The notes under the pieces were generated by a model. The model saw only the letters and a list, made by a program, of their open reading frames with translations. It made no database searches and was not told the origin of the DNA. From IMG/VR virus record IMGVR_UViG_3300027607_000117, positions 1 to 55,219 of that record: a DNA stretch of 55,219 nt. One strand, given 5' to 3'. The stretch's first letter is position 1; the number at the start of each line of letters is the position of its first letter. Positions 15,224 to 24,091 of this stretch are shown one piece after another. The DNA is from a virus (lineage: Duplodnaviria > Caudoviricetes). The position numbers and the translations under genes were made by a program.

Positions 15224-16167
15224 CCAGCATTCAGAAGCCCGGCCTTTACCCGGACATGAAGGAGTCCGTCTATCATTCCGACCCGGCGCCTGCGCCTTCG
15301 CTCAGCTCTTCCGTGGCCAAAGTGTTGCTGAATGCCAGTCCCCGACACGCCTGGACGGAGCATCCGCAACTCAACCCGGATCATGAGCCGAAGAAGAAAA
15401 ACACCTTCGACCTGGGCAGCGCCGCGCACTTCCTGGTGCTTGGCAGCACGGAACGCTTGGCGCTTGGCGAATGGGATGCTTGGCGCAAAGCCGAGGCCAA
15501 AGAGTTCAAGGCCGCCGCCTACGAGAGCGATCAGACCCCCCTGACGCCCGAGGAATGGGAGCGCGTCCAGGAAATGGAGCGCGCCGTTCGCCAGCAGCTT
15601 GACGTGCATAGCGAGGCATCGGAGGCCTTTAAGGGCGGCAAGCCGGAAGTCTCCATGTTCTGGGAGGAGCCGACGCAGCACGGGCCAATCTGGTGCCGGG
15701 CGCGCCTCGACTACTACGTCGAAGGCTCGCATATCTTCGACGACTTCAAATCGACGGGCATCCTGGCGCACCCGGAGGCCTTCCAGCGCAACTTCTTCGA
15801 AATGGGCTACGACTTTCAGTCCGCCTTCTACTCGCGCGGCATCCGCAAGGTGCTCGGAATCGAGGACCCGACTTTCCGTTTCGTCGTTGCGGAGAACAAG
15901 CCGCCCTTCGCGCTCTGCGTTCACGCCTTGCCGCCCGCCGAGCGGGTGATGGCGGACCGCAAGGTCGAACTCGCCATCCAGAAGTGGGGCGAATGCCTCC
16001 ATAGCGGCATCTGGCCCGGCTACCCCAACGTGACCTGTTACCTCGAAGCGCCGGGCTGGACGCGCGCCAAGTGGGAGGAACGGCAGGCCCGAGGGGAAAT
16101 CGCGCGTGACGTCCTGCTGCATTGGCAGGCCCCGCCCATTTCGAAAGACAAAGGAGAAGCCGCGTAA
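15220..16167 (+). CDS. RecE/exonuclease VIII-like PD-(D/E)xK nuclease
   Basis: YH.D....LSSS..K.L...SP, GSAAH, E.S.FW, CRARLD, DFKST, Y..Q.AFY. Confidence 0.88.
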   Translation: MTSIQKPGLYPDMKESVYHSDPAPAPSLSSSVAKVLLNASPRHAWTEHPQLNPDHEPKKKNTFDLGSAAHFLVLGSTERLALGEWDAWRKAEAKEFKAAAYESDQTPLTPEEWERVQEMERAVRQQLDVHSEASEAFKGGKPEVSMFWEEPTQHGPIWCRARLDYYVEGSHIFDDFKSTGILAHPEAFQRNFFEMGYDFQSAFYSRGIRKVLGIEDPTFRFVVAENKPPFALCVHALPPAERVMADRKVELAIQKWGECLHSGIWPGYPNVTCYLEAPGWTRAKWEERQARGEIARDVLLHWQAPPISKDKGEAA

Positions 16168-17267
16168 TGGTACACAGCACCACACTCGCGCTGATCGAAG
16201 CCGACAACAAAGCGCTGATCGACGCCTACACCTCCAACGACCTGGATCAGGTTCTCGACAAGATCGCCAAGCGGGCGCGCGGCACGCAGATCGACGCCAC
16301 CACCAAGAAGGGCAGGGACGAGATTCGCTCGCTCGCCTACAAGATCGCGCAGTCCAAGACCGCTCTGGACGATCTGGGCAAAGAGCTGGTCTCCGATTGG
16401 AAGGAGAAATCCAAGGCGGTCGACGGTCAGCGCAAGAAGGCCCGCGACTTTCTGGACGCGCTCAAGGTCGAAGTGCGCCAGCCCCTCACGGACTACGAGG
16501 AGCGGGAGAAACGCCGCGTTGCCGCGCTCGAAGAACGCCTGCACGCGCTGCGCGACAAGTCGGAAGTCTCGGTTACCGCGACCTCGGAAGACCTGGCCAA
16601 CGCCATTCGGGAGCTTGAGGCCGTCGAGATCGACGACTCCTGGCAGGAGTTCGCCGCCAAGGCGCGCGCTATTCGAGACAACGGTTTGCATTTCTTTAAG
16701 CAAGCCTTGGAGCAGACCAAGCAGCGCGAGGCGGAACAGGCCGAACTCGAACGCCTGCGCCGGGAAGAGGAGGAGCGCAAGGCGAAGGAGGAAGAGGAAC
16801 GCCGCCGCGCGGAGGAAGCGGCCCGTCTAAAGGCTGCGGCCGAGAAGGCACGGCAGGAAGAAGCCGAACGCGCCAGGATCGAACAGGAACGCATCGAGCG
16901 CGAGAAACGGGAAGCCATCGAGGCACGGAAGCGCGCCGAACAGCAGGCGCGGGAAGCCGAGGAACGGCGCAAGCGGGAAGCAGCCGAGGCCGAGGAACGC
17001 GCCAGACGCCAGGCCGAGGAAGCGGAGAAGGCGCGCCTTGCCGCGATCGAGAAGGCTAAGCGGGAAGAACAAGAACGTCTGCAGAAGCGCGAAGAAGCGG
17101 AAGCCGCCGAGCAGGCGCGGCGCGAGGCCAACACCCGCCACCGCCAGAAGATTAACCGTGAAGCGCTGGCCGCCATGAAGGGGGTCGGGGTCGTGGAAGA
17201 CACCGCCAAGGCTCTGATTGTTGCGATTGCGGCGGGCAAGATTCCGCACGTCCACATCACCTATTGA
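16167..17267 (+). CDS. Coiled-coil phage protein (E/A/R-rich)
   Basis: D.TT.KGRDEIRSLAYKIA.SKT.LD..GK.L N-terminus, REAN..HR..IN...GKIPHV.I.Y C-terminus. Confidence 0.85.
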   Translation: MVHSTTLALIEADNKALIDAYTSNDLDQVLDKIAKRARGTQIDATTKKGRDEIRSLAYKIAQSKTALDDLGKELVSDWKEKSKAVDGQRKKARDFLDALKVEVRQPLTDYEEREKRRVAALEERLHALRDKSEVSVTATSEDLANAIRELEAVEIDDSWQEFAAKARAIRDNGLHFFKQALEQTKQREAEQAELERLRREEEERKAKEEEERRRAEEAARLKAAAEKARQEEAERARIEQERIEREKREAIEARKRAEQQAREAEERRKREAAEAEERARRQAEEAEKARLAAIEKAKREEQERLQKREEAEAAEQARREANTRHRQKINREALAAMKGVGVVEDTAKALIVAIAAGKIPHVHITY

Positions 17268-17279
17268 GGGAGCTGCGCT

Positions 17280-18212
17280 GTGAAAAAGAAAACCATCAAC
17301 GCGGTCATCACCAAGAAGATGAAAGAGTGGTGGTCTTCAATCGAAGACGAAAACCTCAGAGAGCGCGTTGAGGCAGAAACGGTCGTGACGGGCGGCTGTA
17401 TCGCCTCAATGCTCCTAAGGGAGAAAGTGTCGGACTTCGACATCTATCTCGGCAGCTTCGAAACAGCGAGGGACCTGGCTGAATACTACGTGGCGCGGTT
17501 CGAGCCGAAGCGGGCGAGCGGCATACCGTTAAAGATCTATGTCGATGCAACAGATGACCGCGTTCAGATTGTCGTCAAGTCGGCTGGCGTAGCGTCTGAG
17601 GAGGGCGCTGAATCGGACTACGAGTACTTTGAGAACGGCCCGCCGGAAGCGGCCCAGGCCTACGTGTCCGAAGTCATGGACGATCCCGGCGAGATCGAGG
17701 ACGTCTACCAAGAGACGGAAGAGCGCGCCCTCGAAGAGACCGAAGGTCAAGCCTACCGGCCAGTTTTCCTGTCAACCAATGCTGTAACGCTGTCGCACAA
17801 GGTCCAAGTCATCTTGCGCTTCTTTGGCACGCCCGAAGAGATCCACGCCAACTATGACTTCATTCACTGCACCAACTACTGGACGAAGAAAGACGGTGTC
17901 GTACTCAACCAGCAAGCGCTGGAGTCCCTGCTAGCGAAAGAGTTGCGCTACGTCGGGTCCCGCTATCCAGTCTGCAGCGTCATTCGCTCCAGGAAGTTCA
18001 TTCAGCGCGGTTGGACGATCAACGCGGGCCAGTTCGTGAAGATGGCCTTCCAGATCAGCGAGTTGGACCTCAACGACTTGGATACGTTGCGTGACCAACT
18101 TACCGGCGTCGATGTCGCTTACTTCATGGAAGTGATCGACAAGCTCAAGGCCAAAGACAAAGAGCGGGTCGACGGCGCCTATCTTCTCGAAATTCTAGAT
18201 CGCATGTTCTGA
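17280..18212 (+). CDS. Pol-beta superfamily nucleotidyltransferase-like protein
   Basis: TGGCIASML....SDFDIY (hG[GS]...DxD), later YDFIHC and R.RKFIQRGW. Confidence 0.7.
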   Translation: MKKKTINAVITKKMKEWWSSIEDENLRERVEAETVVTGGCIASMLLREKVSDFDIYLGSFETARDLAEYYVARFEPKRASGIPLKIYVDATDDRVQIVVKSAGVASEEGAESDYEYFENGPPEAAQAYVSEVMDDPGEIEDVYQETEERALEETEGQAYRPVFLSTNAVTLSHKVQVILRFFGTPEEIHANYDFIHCTNYWTKKDGVVLNQQALESLLAKELRYVGSRYPVCSVIRSRKFIQRGWTINAGQFVKMAFQISELDLNDLDTLRDQLTGVDVAYFMEVIDKLKAKDKERVDGAYLLEILDRMF

Positions 18213-18223
18213 GGGAGGCAACC

Positions 18224-19588
18224 ATGACTTACACCTTTCGTCCCGCCGTCCGTGCCAACGCCCCGCTGCTGATCGGGCTGGCAGGCGGCACGGGGTCCGG
18301 CAAGACCTATAGCGCCCTGCGCCTCGCCAAGGGTCTTGTCGGGCCCGGCGAAAAGATCGCCATGATCGACACGGAGAAGGGCCGCGGGCTGATGTACGCG
18401 GACGAGTTCGATTACCTTTATGAGCAAATCGAACCGCCGTTCCGGCCCGAAAAGTACATGGAAGCCATGGCTGCTGCCGTCCAGCAAGGCGCCAAGTGCA
18501 TCATCGTCGACTCAACGTCCCATGAATGGGAGGGCATCGGCGGTCTTCTGGAGTGGGCCAACTCGATCGCCGAGAACATGGCGCAGCGTCATGGCGGCAA
18601 CCCAAGCAAATACACTTTCGGGAGCTGGAAGGAGCCGAAAATCGCGCACCAAAAATGGGTGCAGTTCATGCTCAACTACGAGATTCACGTCATTCTCTGC
18701 TTCCGCGCCAAGGAAAAGAAAGGCCTGCAGAAGGACGAGCGCGGGCGGCAAGAGGTCGTCAACCTCGGTTGGACGCCGATCACAGACAAGGACACGCTGC
18801 CTTACGAAATGACCTTCCTTGCCATGTTCACGGCCGACGAACCGGGTGTACCGAAGTTCACTTACAAGGCGCTAACCCACAAGCTGAAGCACATCTTCCC
18901 GGAAGGTCAGCAGATCGGCGAAGAACACGGGCGGCTCTTGCGGGAATGGGCGAGCGCCAGCCCAAGCGTGCCGCAGCAACAACAAGCAAGCGAGCCGGTC
19001 GATTACGTCGAACAGGGGCGCACCGAAGCGCGCAAGGGCCGCGACGCTTTCCTCGCCTGGTGGAACGGTCCCGGCAAGACCAACGGCATCCGCGCTGCCT
19101 GCAAGCCTCATATGACAGAGCTTCAGAAGATCGCCGAGGAAGCGGACGCCGCGCAGATCGAGGACGAAGATCCTTTCGCGCGCGAACCGCAAGACGAGGA
19201 TCCCTTCGGCGACAAGCAGGACGCCGCGCCAGAACCCTCGCAGGAGCCCCCAGGAGCGCCGGAGAGCGACGCTGGCGCCGAAGCACCGGAGACACCGGCC
19301 GAGACGAGCGCACCATCCGCGCCGTCAGCACCGATCTATGACGACGGCGTGGGCATCCTGGACGAGAACGGCAGCGAGATCGACCGCTGCGAGAACGCCA
19401 ACAAATGGTACTTCGCCCTGCGCGCCCGCCTGAAGGACAGCAATCGGGTTGGCGATCTGCTGACCCAGAACAACGCCGGCCATCTGCACTGGCAGGCCAG
19501 CAACGCGGACCCGAGCCACAAGAAGCAGGGCGCGGAAATGTGGGCGAACTTTCTGGCCAAGGCAGGTGACGGGCAGGAGGCGGCTTGA
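18224..19588 (+). CDS. Sak4-like (AAA_24) recombination ATPase with long acidic C-terminal extension
   Basis: GGTGSGKTYSAL, IDTE, IIVDS.SHEW; near the RecE-like exonuclease. Confidence 0.8.
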   Translation: MTYTFRPAVRANAPLLIGLAGGTGSGKTYSALRLAKGLVGPGEKIAMIDTEKGRGLMYADEFDYLYEQIEPPFRPEKYMEAMAAAVQQGAKCIIVDSTSHEWEGIGGLLEWANSIAENMAQRHGGNPSKYTFGSWKEPKIAHQKWVQFMLNYEIHVILCFRAKEKKGLQKDERGRQEVVNLGWTPITDKDTLPYEMTFLAMFTADEPGVPKFTYKALTHKLKHIFPEGQQIGEEHGRLLREWASASPSVPQQQQASEPVDYVEQGRTEARKGRDAFLAWWNGPGKTNGIRAACKPHMTELQKIAEEADAAQIEDEDPFAREPQDEDPFGDKQDAAPEPSQEPPGAPESDAGAEAPETPAETSAPSAPSAPIYDDGVGILDENGSEIDRCENANKWYFALRARLKDSNRVGDLLTQNNAGHLHWQASNADPSHKKQGAEMWANFLAKAGDGQEAA

Positions 19589-20013
19589 TGGGTGTTTCGA
19601 CAAACGCATACCTCGTCTTTGGCGTCACGCTGGACGATTACGACGAAGACGACGAGCCGGATTTCCTGCAGGGCTTCGAAGATTTCGACGACCTCTTGGC
19701 AGACGACGCCGATTTGCCGCCGTGGCGCGATGACATGACAGAGGCAGAGTCCGACGGGCACTTCCGCAATAAGCGGGAAATCGTTGCCGCCGCGCCAGTC
19801 GAGCTGGTGAGCCACTGTAGCGGCGAGTTTCCCATGTGGATCATGGCTGTTCGCGGGACGCTGCTGACCGCTCACCGCGGCTCCCCGACTTCGATTGACC
19901 CAGCGACGTTGAAGGTGGATCAGGAGAGGGTCGACGCAGCCGCAGCGTGGTGCAGGGCCAAGGGGATCTACTGGCAGAACCCTCATTGGATTCTTTGCAG
20001 TGATTGGTGCTGA
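19585..20013 (+). CDS. Hypothetical acidic protein
   Basis: Coupled ORF. Confidence 0.7.
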   Translation: MMGVSTNAYLVFGVTLDDYDEDDEPDFLQGFEDFDDLLADDADLPPWRDDMTEAESDGHFRNKREIVAAAPVELVSHCSGEFPMWIMAVRGTLLTAHRGSPTSIDPATLKVDQERVDAAAAWCRAKGIYWQNPHWILCSDWC

Positions 20014-20017
20014 CGCC

Positions 20018-20200
20018 ATGAGTTCCCGCGACCAACTCTTCCATGAACTCGCGTCCTTCGCCAAAGAGGTCGCCAGTCAGCCCTATCTCGAATGGGCAGA
20101 GGAGTCGACGCACGAGGCGTTTACGACCGTGGCGCGGACATTGGTGGTTCGGTACACGGCGCTGCAGGTCTCCGAGACAGACCCGCCGAAGGAAGGGTGA
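20018..20200 (+). CDS. Hypothetical protein
   Basis: Coupled ORF. Confidence 0.55.
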   Translation: MSSRDQLFHELASFAKEVASQPYLEWAEESTHEAFTTVARTLVVRYTALQVSETDPPKEG

Positions 20201-20490
20201 TGAGCAACTACGATCAATTCCGGAAGGACCACGAATATCTGTGGGAAACCTATGGCCCCGCTGATGACATGACCGGCGGCTATGTGGACTCGGAGGATCT
20301 GGAGCGCTTGCTAAAGACCCCGACGAAGGTAATGGCGGCAAAATGCTACGCCGACCAAATTCGATATTGGTTCGACGCCGGACCGGACACTTTTGGGAAA
20401 GAAGTTGGCGATTGGAGGTCAGACCCAGAGGTGCGCCTAATAGCCGAACGACACGGAACCTTAGAAGCCCTGGAAGCCGAGGAAGGGTGA
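20200..20490 (+). CDS. Hypothetical protein
   Basis: TGATG coupling at both ends. Confidence 0.65.
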   Translation: MSNYDQFRKDHEYLWETYGPADDMTGGYVDSEDLERLLKTPTKVMAAKCYADQIRYWFDAGPDTFGKEVGDWRSDPEVRLIAERHGTLEALEAEEG

Positions 20491-21044
20491 TGGATAAACT
20501 GATGACTGAAAAGGGGTGGACTGCTTTCAAGCTAATGGAGGAACGCGCCCAAGCAGCAGAGGACGAAGTCGCGCGGTTGCGGGAGGACGTCAAGTTCCTA
20601 ACTGAAGGGCTCAAAGGCATCGCTTCGATGGGCGTGACGGAGGGCGAGCGGATGAACGCCTGGGCGCACGACACGCTGTCGGGCCGGGTTGAGACTGTCG
20701 AAAGCGAGTTGCTCAAAATCAGCGACCAAAGAAACAAACTCTTTGCCCACTGCAATTCGCTGCGGGGGGCGTTGGGGCGTTCCGCCGGACGACTGGATCT
20801 CTGTGCAGGAAAATTGGAATTTGTCGCTGACGGGGCAATTGTAGACGAAGCCAGAGTATGGGCTGAAGAAGTTCGCCAAGCCCTCGCCGCCACCCCTGAA
20901 CAGTCGCTCGCCAAGGTGAGAGATAGCGCGTTGGAGGAAGCGATGGATGAACTCTACGAAAAGCTCCGAATCGAATATGCCGATGCAACGGTAAACGATG
21001 CTATGGCACTGATTCTCGCCCTGAAGACAGGAGAGGGGCGGTGA
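20490..21044 (+). CDS. Hypothetical coiled-coil protein
   Basis: Coupled ORF. Confidence 0.65.
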   Translation: MDKLMTEKGWTAFKLMEERAQAAEDEVARLREDVKFLTEGLKGIASMGVTEGERMNAWAHDTLSGRVETVESELLKISDQRNKLFAHCNSLRGALGRSAGRLDLCAGKLEFVADGAIVDEARVWAEEVRQALAATPEQSLAKVRDSALEEAMDELYEKLRIEYADATVNDAMALILALKTGEGR

Positions 21045-21445
21045 CTGACCTCCTCACACGACTAGCAGAAGAGAGCGGGCGGGAGTTGGATGCGGCTTTA
21101 GCAGAATTTCAGGGGTGGGATGTCTTCTACACACAGGACGCCGTTGGCCAAGCGGTTGCGTATTGTGTGTGGGGTGACGTTAAGAAAGGCGAGAAGGGGC
21201 CACTCCCCCGCTTCACCTCTTCCGTTGACGCGGCCCTTACGCTGGTACCGGAAGGGTGGCATGTGGAAAGCCTTGGTTTTTCTGAGCGATCAAGAAAGTG
21301 GTTCTGCAAGCTAGCGCTGCCAGCGCCGGAAGCGATGAGAGTTAAGCGCCAACCATTCGGGGAAGTGAAGCTTACTAACCACGGCGCCCATACCCTACAA
21401 AACGCCATCTGCATAGCAGCGCTTAAAGCTAAGGGAGTGGAGTGA
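21041..21445 (+). CDS. Phage ABA-sandwich-like domain protein
   Basis: RELDAALA...P.FTSSVDAALTLVP.GW...AIC.AAL.A. Confidence 0.65.
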   Translation: MTDLLTRLAEESGRELDAALAEFQGWDVFYTQDAVGQAVAYCVWGDVKKGEKGPLPRFTSSVDAALTLVPEGWHVESLGFSERSRKWFCKLALPAPEAMRVKRQPFGEVKLTNHGAHTLQNAICIAALKAKGVE

Positions 21446-21654
21446 TGTACGACAAGCCACAATTCTATTTGGTCTGGAAAGAAGGCAGCCACAGCCACAC
21501 ACCAACCTATAAACACTTGGATTTTGAGTCCGCCAGGGGTGAGGCGCTTAGGCTGTCACGGCTTGATGGTGGGAAGTTTCACGTTCTGGCCCACTACGGA
21601 ACAGCAAGACGCGTAGAAACCGAATTTGAGGGAGTGGAGATCATACCTTTTTGA
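21442..21654 (+). CDS. Hypothetical phage protein
   Basis: FYLVW......PT.KH...ESA..EA.RL......FHVL. Confidence 0.7.
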   Translation: MMYDKPQFYLVWKEGSHSHTPTYKHLDFESARGEALRLSRLDGGKFHVLAHYGTARRVETEFEGVEIIPF

Positions 21655-21680
21655 TCGAACCCCCGGCCACGATTAGCGAC

Positions 21681-21756
21681 AGGCTCGTAGTTCAGTTGGT
21701 AGAACCCTTCCCTCATAAGGAAGCTGTCGCAGGTTCGAGTCCTGCCGGGCCTACCA
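21681..21756 (+). tRNA. tRNA with CAT anticodon, probably Ile2 (lysidine) rather than Met
   Basis: Full cloverleaf with AGGCTCG/CGGGCCT-A-CCA and CTTCC CTCATAA GGAAG; Ile-like acceptor stem. Confidence 0.9.
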
Positions 21757-21888
21757 AAACCAAAAGCCCCCCAGCCGTAGCCAGGGGGCGATAGCGTGGG
21801 CAGTCGGACATGCATTCTCTTAGCTGGCCCGCCCTATGTCGTCAGGTGACTTGCGGCCAGTACCCACGAGCCCGATTTAACGGGGACT

Positions 21889-22095
21889 TCAGTCCGTGTG
21901 AAGCGCGCTCTGCAGGGCATCGAGGTCCCCGTTGAGCGTATCCCACTCTTCCGGCGTCGGATCGCGGTTTTCCTGGACCATCAGCTTGATCTTCGCGACA
22001 GAAGCTTGCCAGGAGATCATTGCGGTGCCGCCTTGTGCGATGACAAGCGGCAGGATTTCGAGCGCTCTCAGAATGAGCATTGCGGTCGTATTCAA
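21889..22095 (-). CDS. Small lysis-cassette protein
   Basis: Last gene of the late operon, coupled to the upstream gene. Confidence 0.7.
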   Translation of the reverse strand: MNTTAMLILRALEILPLVIAQGGTAMISWQASVAKIKLMVQENRDPTPEEWDTLNGDLDALQSALHTD

Positions 22096-22730
22096 GAGCT
22101 TGCTCCTTCAAGGCGGGTTTCGGAAATGCCCCAGGTGGTCAGGACCATCTGGAAAGTGCGAAGAGCAGCTTCAGAGGCCCTGACCGCAAGCTGCACCTTG
22201 TCCTCGCCGGCAAGCGGATCGCGGACCACGAGTTCCGCTTCATCCAGAGCCTTGTCGGCTGAAAGGTCCGCCTTTCGGATCACCTCGACCACGTCCACGC
22301 GCGCACAGGAGATCTTTTCCGCCAACTGCTCTTCCAGCCCCGTGCAGCGGGGGAGAGACTCGTAGATCAAGGCGACCCGGACCACCTCCTTATAGGCCGA
22401 CTTGGTGGCGAAAACCTGCTGCGCCGGGGTTTGCGCGCCCGCACAAGCCCCCAGAAGCAGAAGCGCCAACAAGGTGGCCGGCCAGGCGGCATTCAGGCTC
22501 GCAGGCAGCTTCGGCAACACGGTGACAGGCCGGGTGCCGCCCTTGAAGCGGTCTGCAATCAGAAGGGCGAGCCCGGCGAGCTGCACAATCCCGTCCCAGA
22601 ACTGGCTGATCAGTACATCGGCGTCCGGTCCGATGCGCTCCATGAGATCGGGAGCGACCTCGGGAACGAGCAGCAGCAGAATGCCGCCGATCCGCTTCGA
22701 CCGCAGAAACCACTTTGGCTGATTCTCCAT
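22092..22730 (-). CDS. Membrane protein: holin-like N-terminus fused to a lipobox-containing helical domain (possible spanin component)
   Basis: KW..SK.I.G hydrophobic N-terminus; internal LLALLLLGAC. Confidence 0.55.
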   Translation of the reverse strand: MENQPKWFLRSKRIGGILLLLVPEVAPDLMERIGPDADVLISQFWDGIVQLAGLALLIADRFKGGTRPVTVLPKLPASLNAAWPATLLALLLLGACAGAQTPAQQVFATKSAYKEVVRVALIYESLPRCTGLEEQLAEKISCARVDVVEVIRKADLSADKALDEAELVVRDPLAGEDKVQLAVRASEAALRTFQMVLTTWGISETRLEGASS

Positions 22731-23117
22731 CTAGTCCTCCTTAGTGAGAGAGTGAACGGTCTCCTGAAGGTCGAACACCGCTTTGCTGAGGTGCGCGCAG
22801 CAGCGCGTTAGTTCCTGGACCGCCACTTTGAGTTCGTGAACGTGCGAGCGCCTATCTACGAGAAGCAGTCCGCGCTTGTTGAAAGTCACAATCGTGACGC
22901 CCGTCTTAAGATTGGGCCGCAGCCGGTGCAGGTATTGCCGAATGGCTGCCTCGGCAGTTCGCGCGCCGCCCGATTCCTCGCCCGCGTAGACATAATTCAC
23001 GATGTCCTTCAGCGGCGAGGGACCGCTCTCTTGGCGATCCACCAGATAGCGCAACAGGCGCAGGGTATATTTGCCCGTGACAGGTTCTTTAACGTAGCTC
23101 TGGACGCTGAGCGCCAT
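22731..23117 (-). CDS. OmpR-type winged-helix protein without receiver domain
   Basis: LL.YLV......L.DI...VY......AIR.Y.HRLR..L....I.T...RG. Confidence 0.6.
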   Translation of the reverse strand: MALSVQSYVKEPVTGKYTLRLLRYLVDRQESGPSPLKDIVNYVYAGEESGGARTAEAAIRQYLHRLRPNLKTGVTIVTFNKRGLLLVDRRSHVHELKVAVQELTRCCAHLSKAVFDLQETVHSLTKED

Positions 23118-23120
23118 CGT

Positions 23121-23534
23121 TCATGGCACGTCGTTGTAGAAAACATGATTGCCGACAGCCATGACCGGCTCCTTGCCCTCTGCCCAATCGGGGCGAATGC
23201 TGGACGTGTGATAATGCTTAGAGTCAAACGTGAAATCGCGCTCGTCCAGCGCTTCTAGTACGGCGCGCAGGCATTGGCGGAAATCCACGTCATCCAGATC
23301 CACGCCCTGCATCGCTTCGCGGTTGGGGTCATTCTCGTTCCACGTGGAGAATTGCAGCCAGCGCAGCGCGGCGGCTGCGAGCGTGTGGTCTCTTCTGAAC
23401 TGCCCTTCATTGCTCTGCCAGCGGTTGATCAGCACATGGGCAATCGCCTTCTGGCCCGCGTAGTCCTCGCCGCGGCCTTCGCCCCAAACCGTGCGGGCGG
23501 CCGTCATGATGTCGGATTGGGTGAGAGGTTTCAT
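23121..23534 (-). CDS. Endolysin, SleB/Hydrolase_2 family
   Basis: ARTVWGEGRGE, V.INR, QFS.WN, HYH, P.WA, GNHVFY. Confidence 0.92.
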   Translation of the reverse strand: MKPLTQSDIMTAARTVWGEGRGEDYAGQKAIAHVLINRWQSNEGQFRRDHTLAAAALRWLQFSTWNENDPNREAMQGVDLDDVDFRQCLRAVLEALDERDFTFDSKHYHTSSIRPDWAEGKEPVMAVGNHVFYNDVP

Positions 23535-23788
23535 TGGCCGTCGCCGTTGCGCATCTCATACTTCACCAGGCGATCAAGCTTGGAGTTCATTTGCTCGAGC
23601 TGGTGAACGAGGCGCTGTTCCACGTCCTTCAGATAGGTGACGCTTGCGTACTCCTTCGCCACCGCGAGCTTGTATTCGTTGAGATTGCTGGCGACCTTGT
23701 CGATTTGGGTCATGAGCCGCCAGCACCAGAGGCTCATGAAACCGAAGGCCGGTATGGCGATGAGCTGAACCCATTCCATCCAGGTCAT
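23531..23788 (-). CDS. Putative holin
   Basis: Single N-terminal TM helix plus coiled coil, coupled to the endolysin. Confidence 0.6.
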   Translation of the reverse strand: MTWMEWVQLIAIPAFGFMSLWCWRLMTQIDKVASNLNEYKLAVAKEYASVTYLKDVEQRLVHQLEQMNSKLDRLVKYEMRNGDGQ

Positions 23789-24081
23789 GCCTCAGGGTCC
23801 TTCTCAGTACACTCTTTCATTCGCCACCCTTCACCGGCTGCAACCAAACAGGACATGCCCTGCGGCGTTGTCACAATGATGGACCAGGTTTTGCCATTGC
23901 CGTTGGTGAGAACTTCGACAAGACCGCCATTGTGCGTGACGCCCAGGGCGATAGGTGCCTCTTTGTATTTCTGAGACAGGAGTTCGATTACGGAATCGCG
24001 CTGGTCGCACTGCGGTTGGGCCGCCGCCAGATCGGGCCACAAAAAAACCGCCATGAAGGCGGCTGCGAAGAGGTGTTTCAT
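23785..24081 (-). CDS. Small exported protein
   Basis: Signal peptide; C..RD.V...L...Y.E...TWSIIVT.P.G.SCLVAAG. Confidence 0.7.
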   Translation of the reverse strand: MKHLFAAAFMAVFLWPDLAAAQPQCDQRDSVIELLSQKYKEAPIALGVTHNGGLVEVLTNGNGKTWSIIVTTPQGMSCLVAAGEGWRMKECTEKDPEA

Positions 24082-24091
24082 GGAGGGGCCC

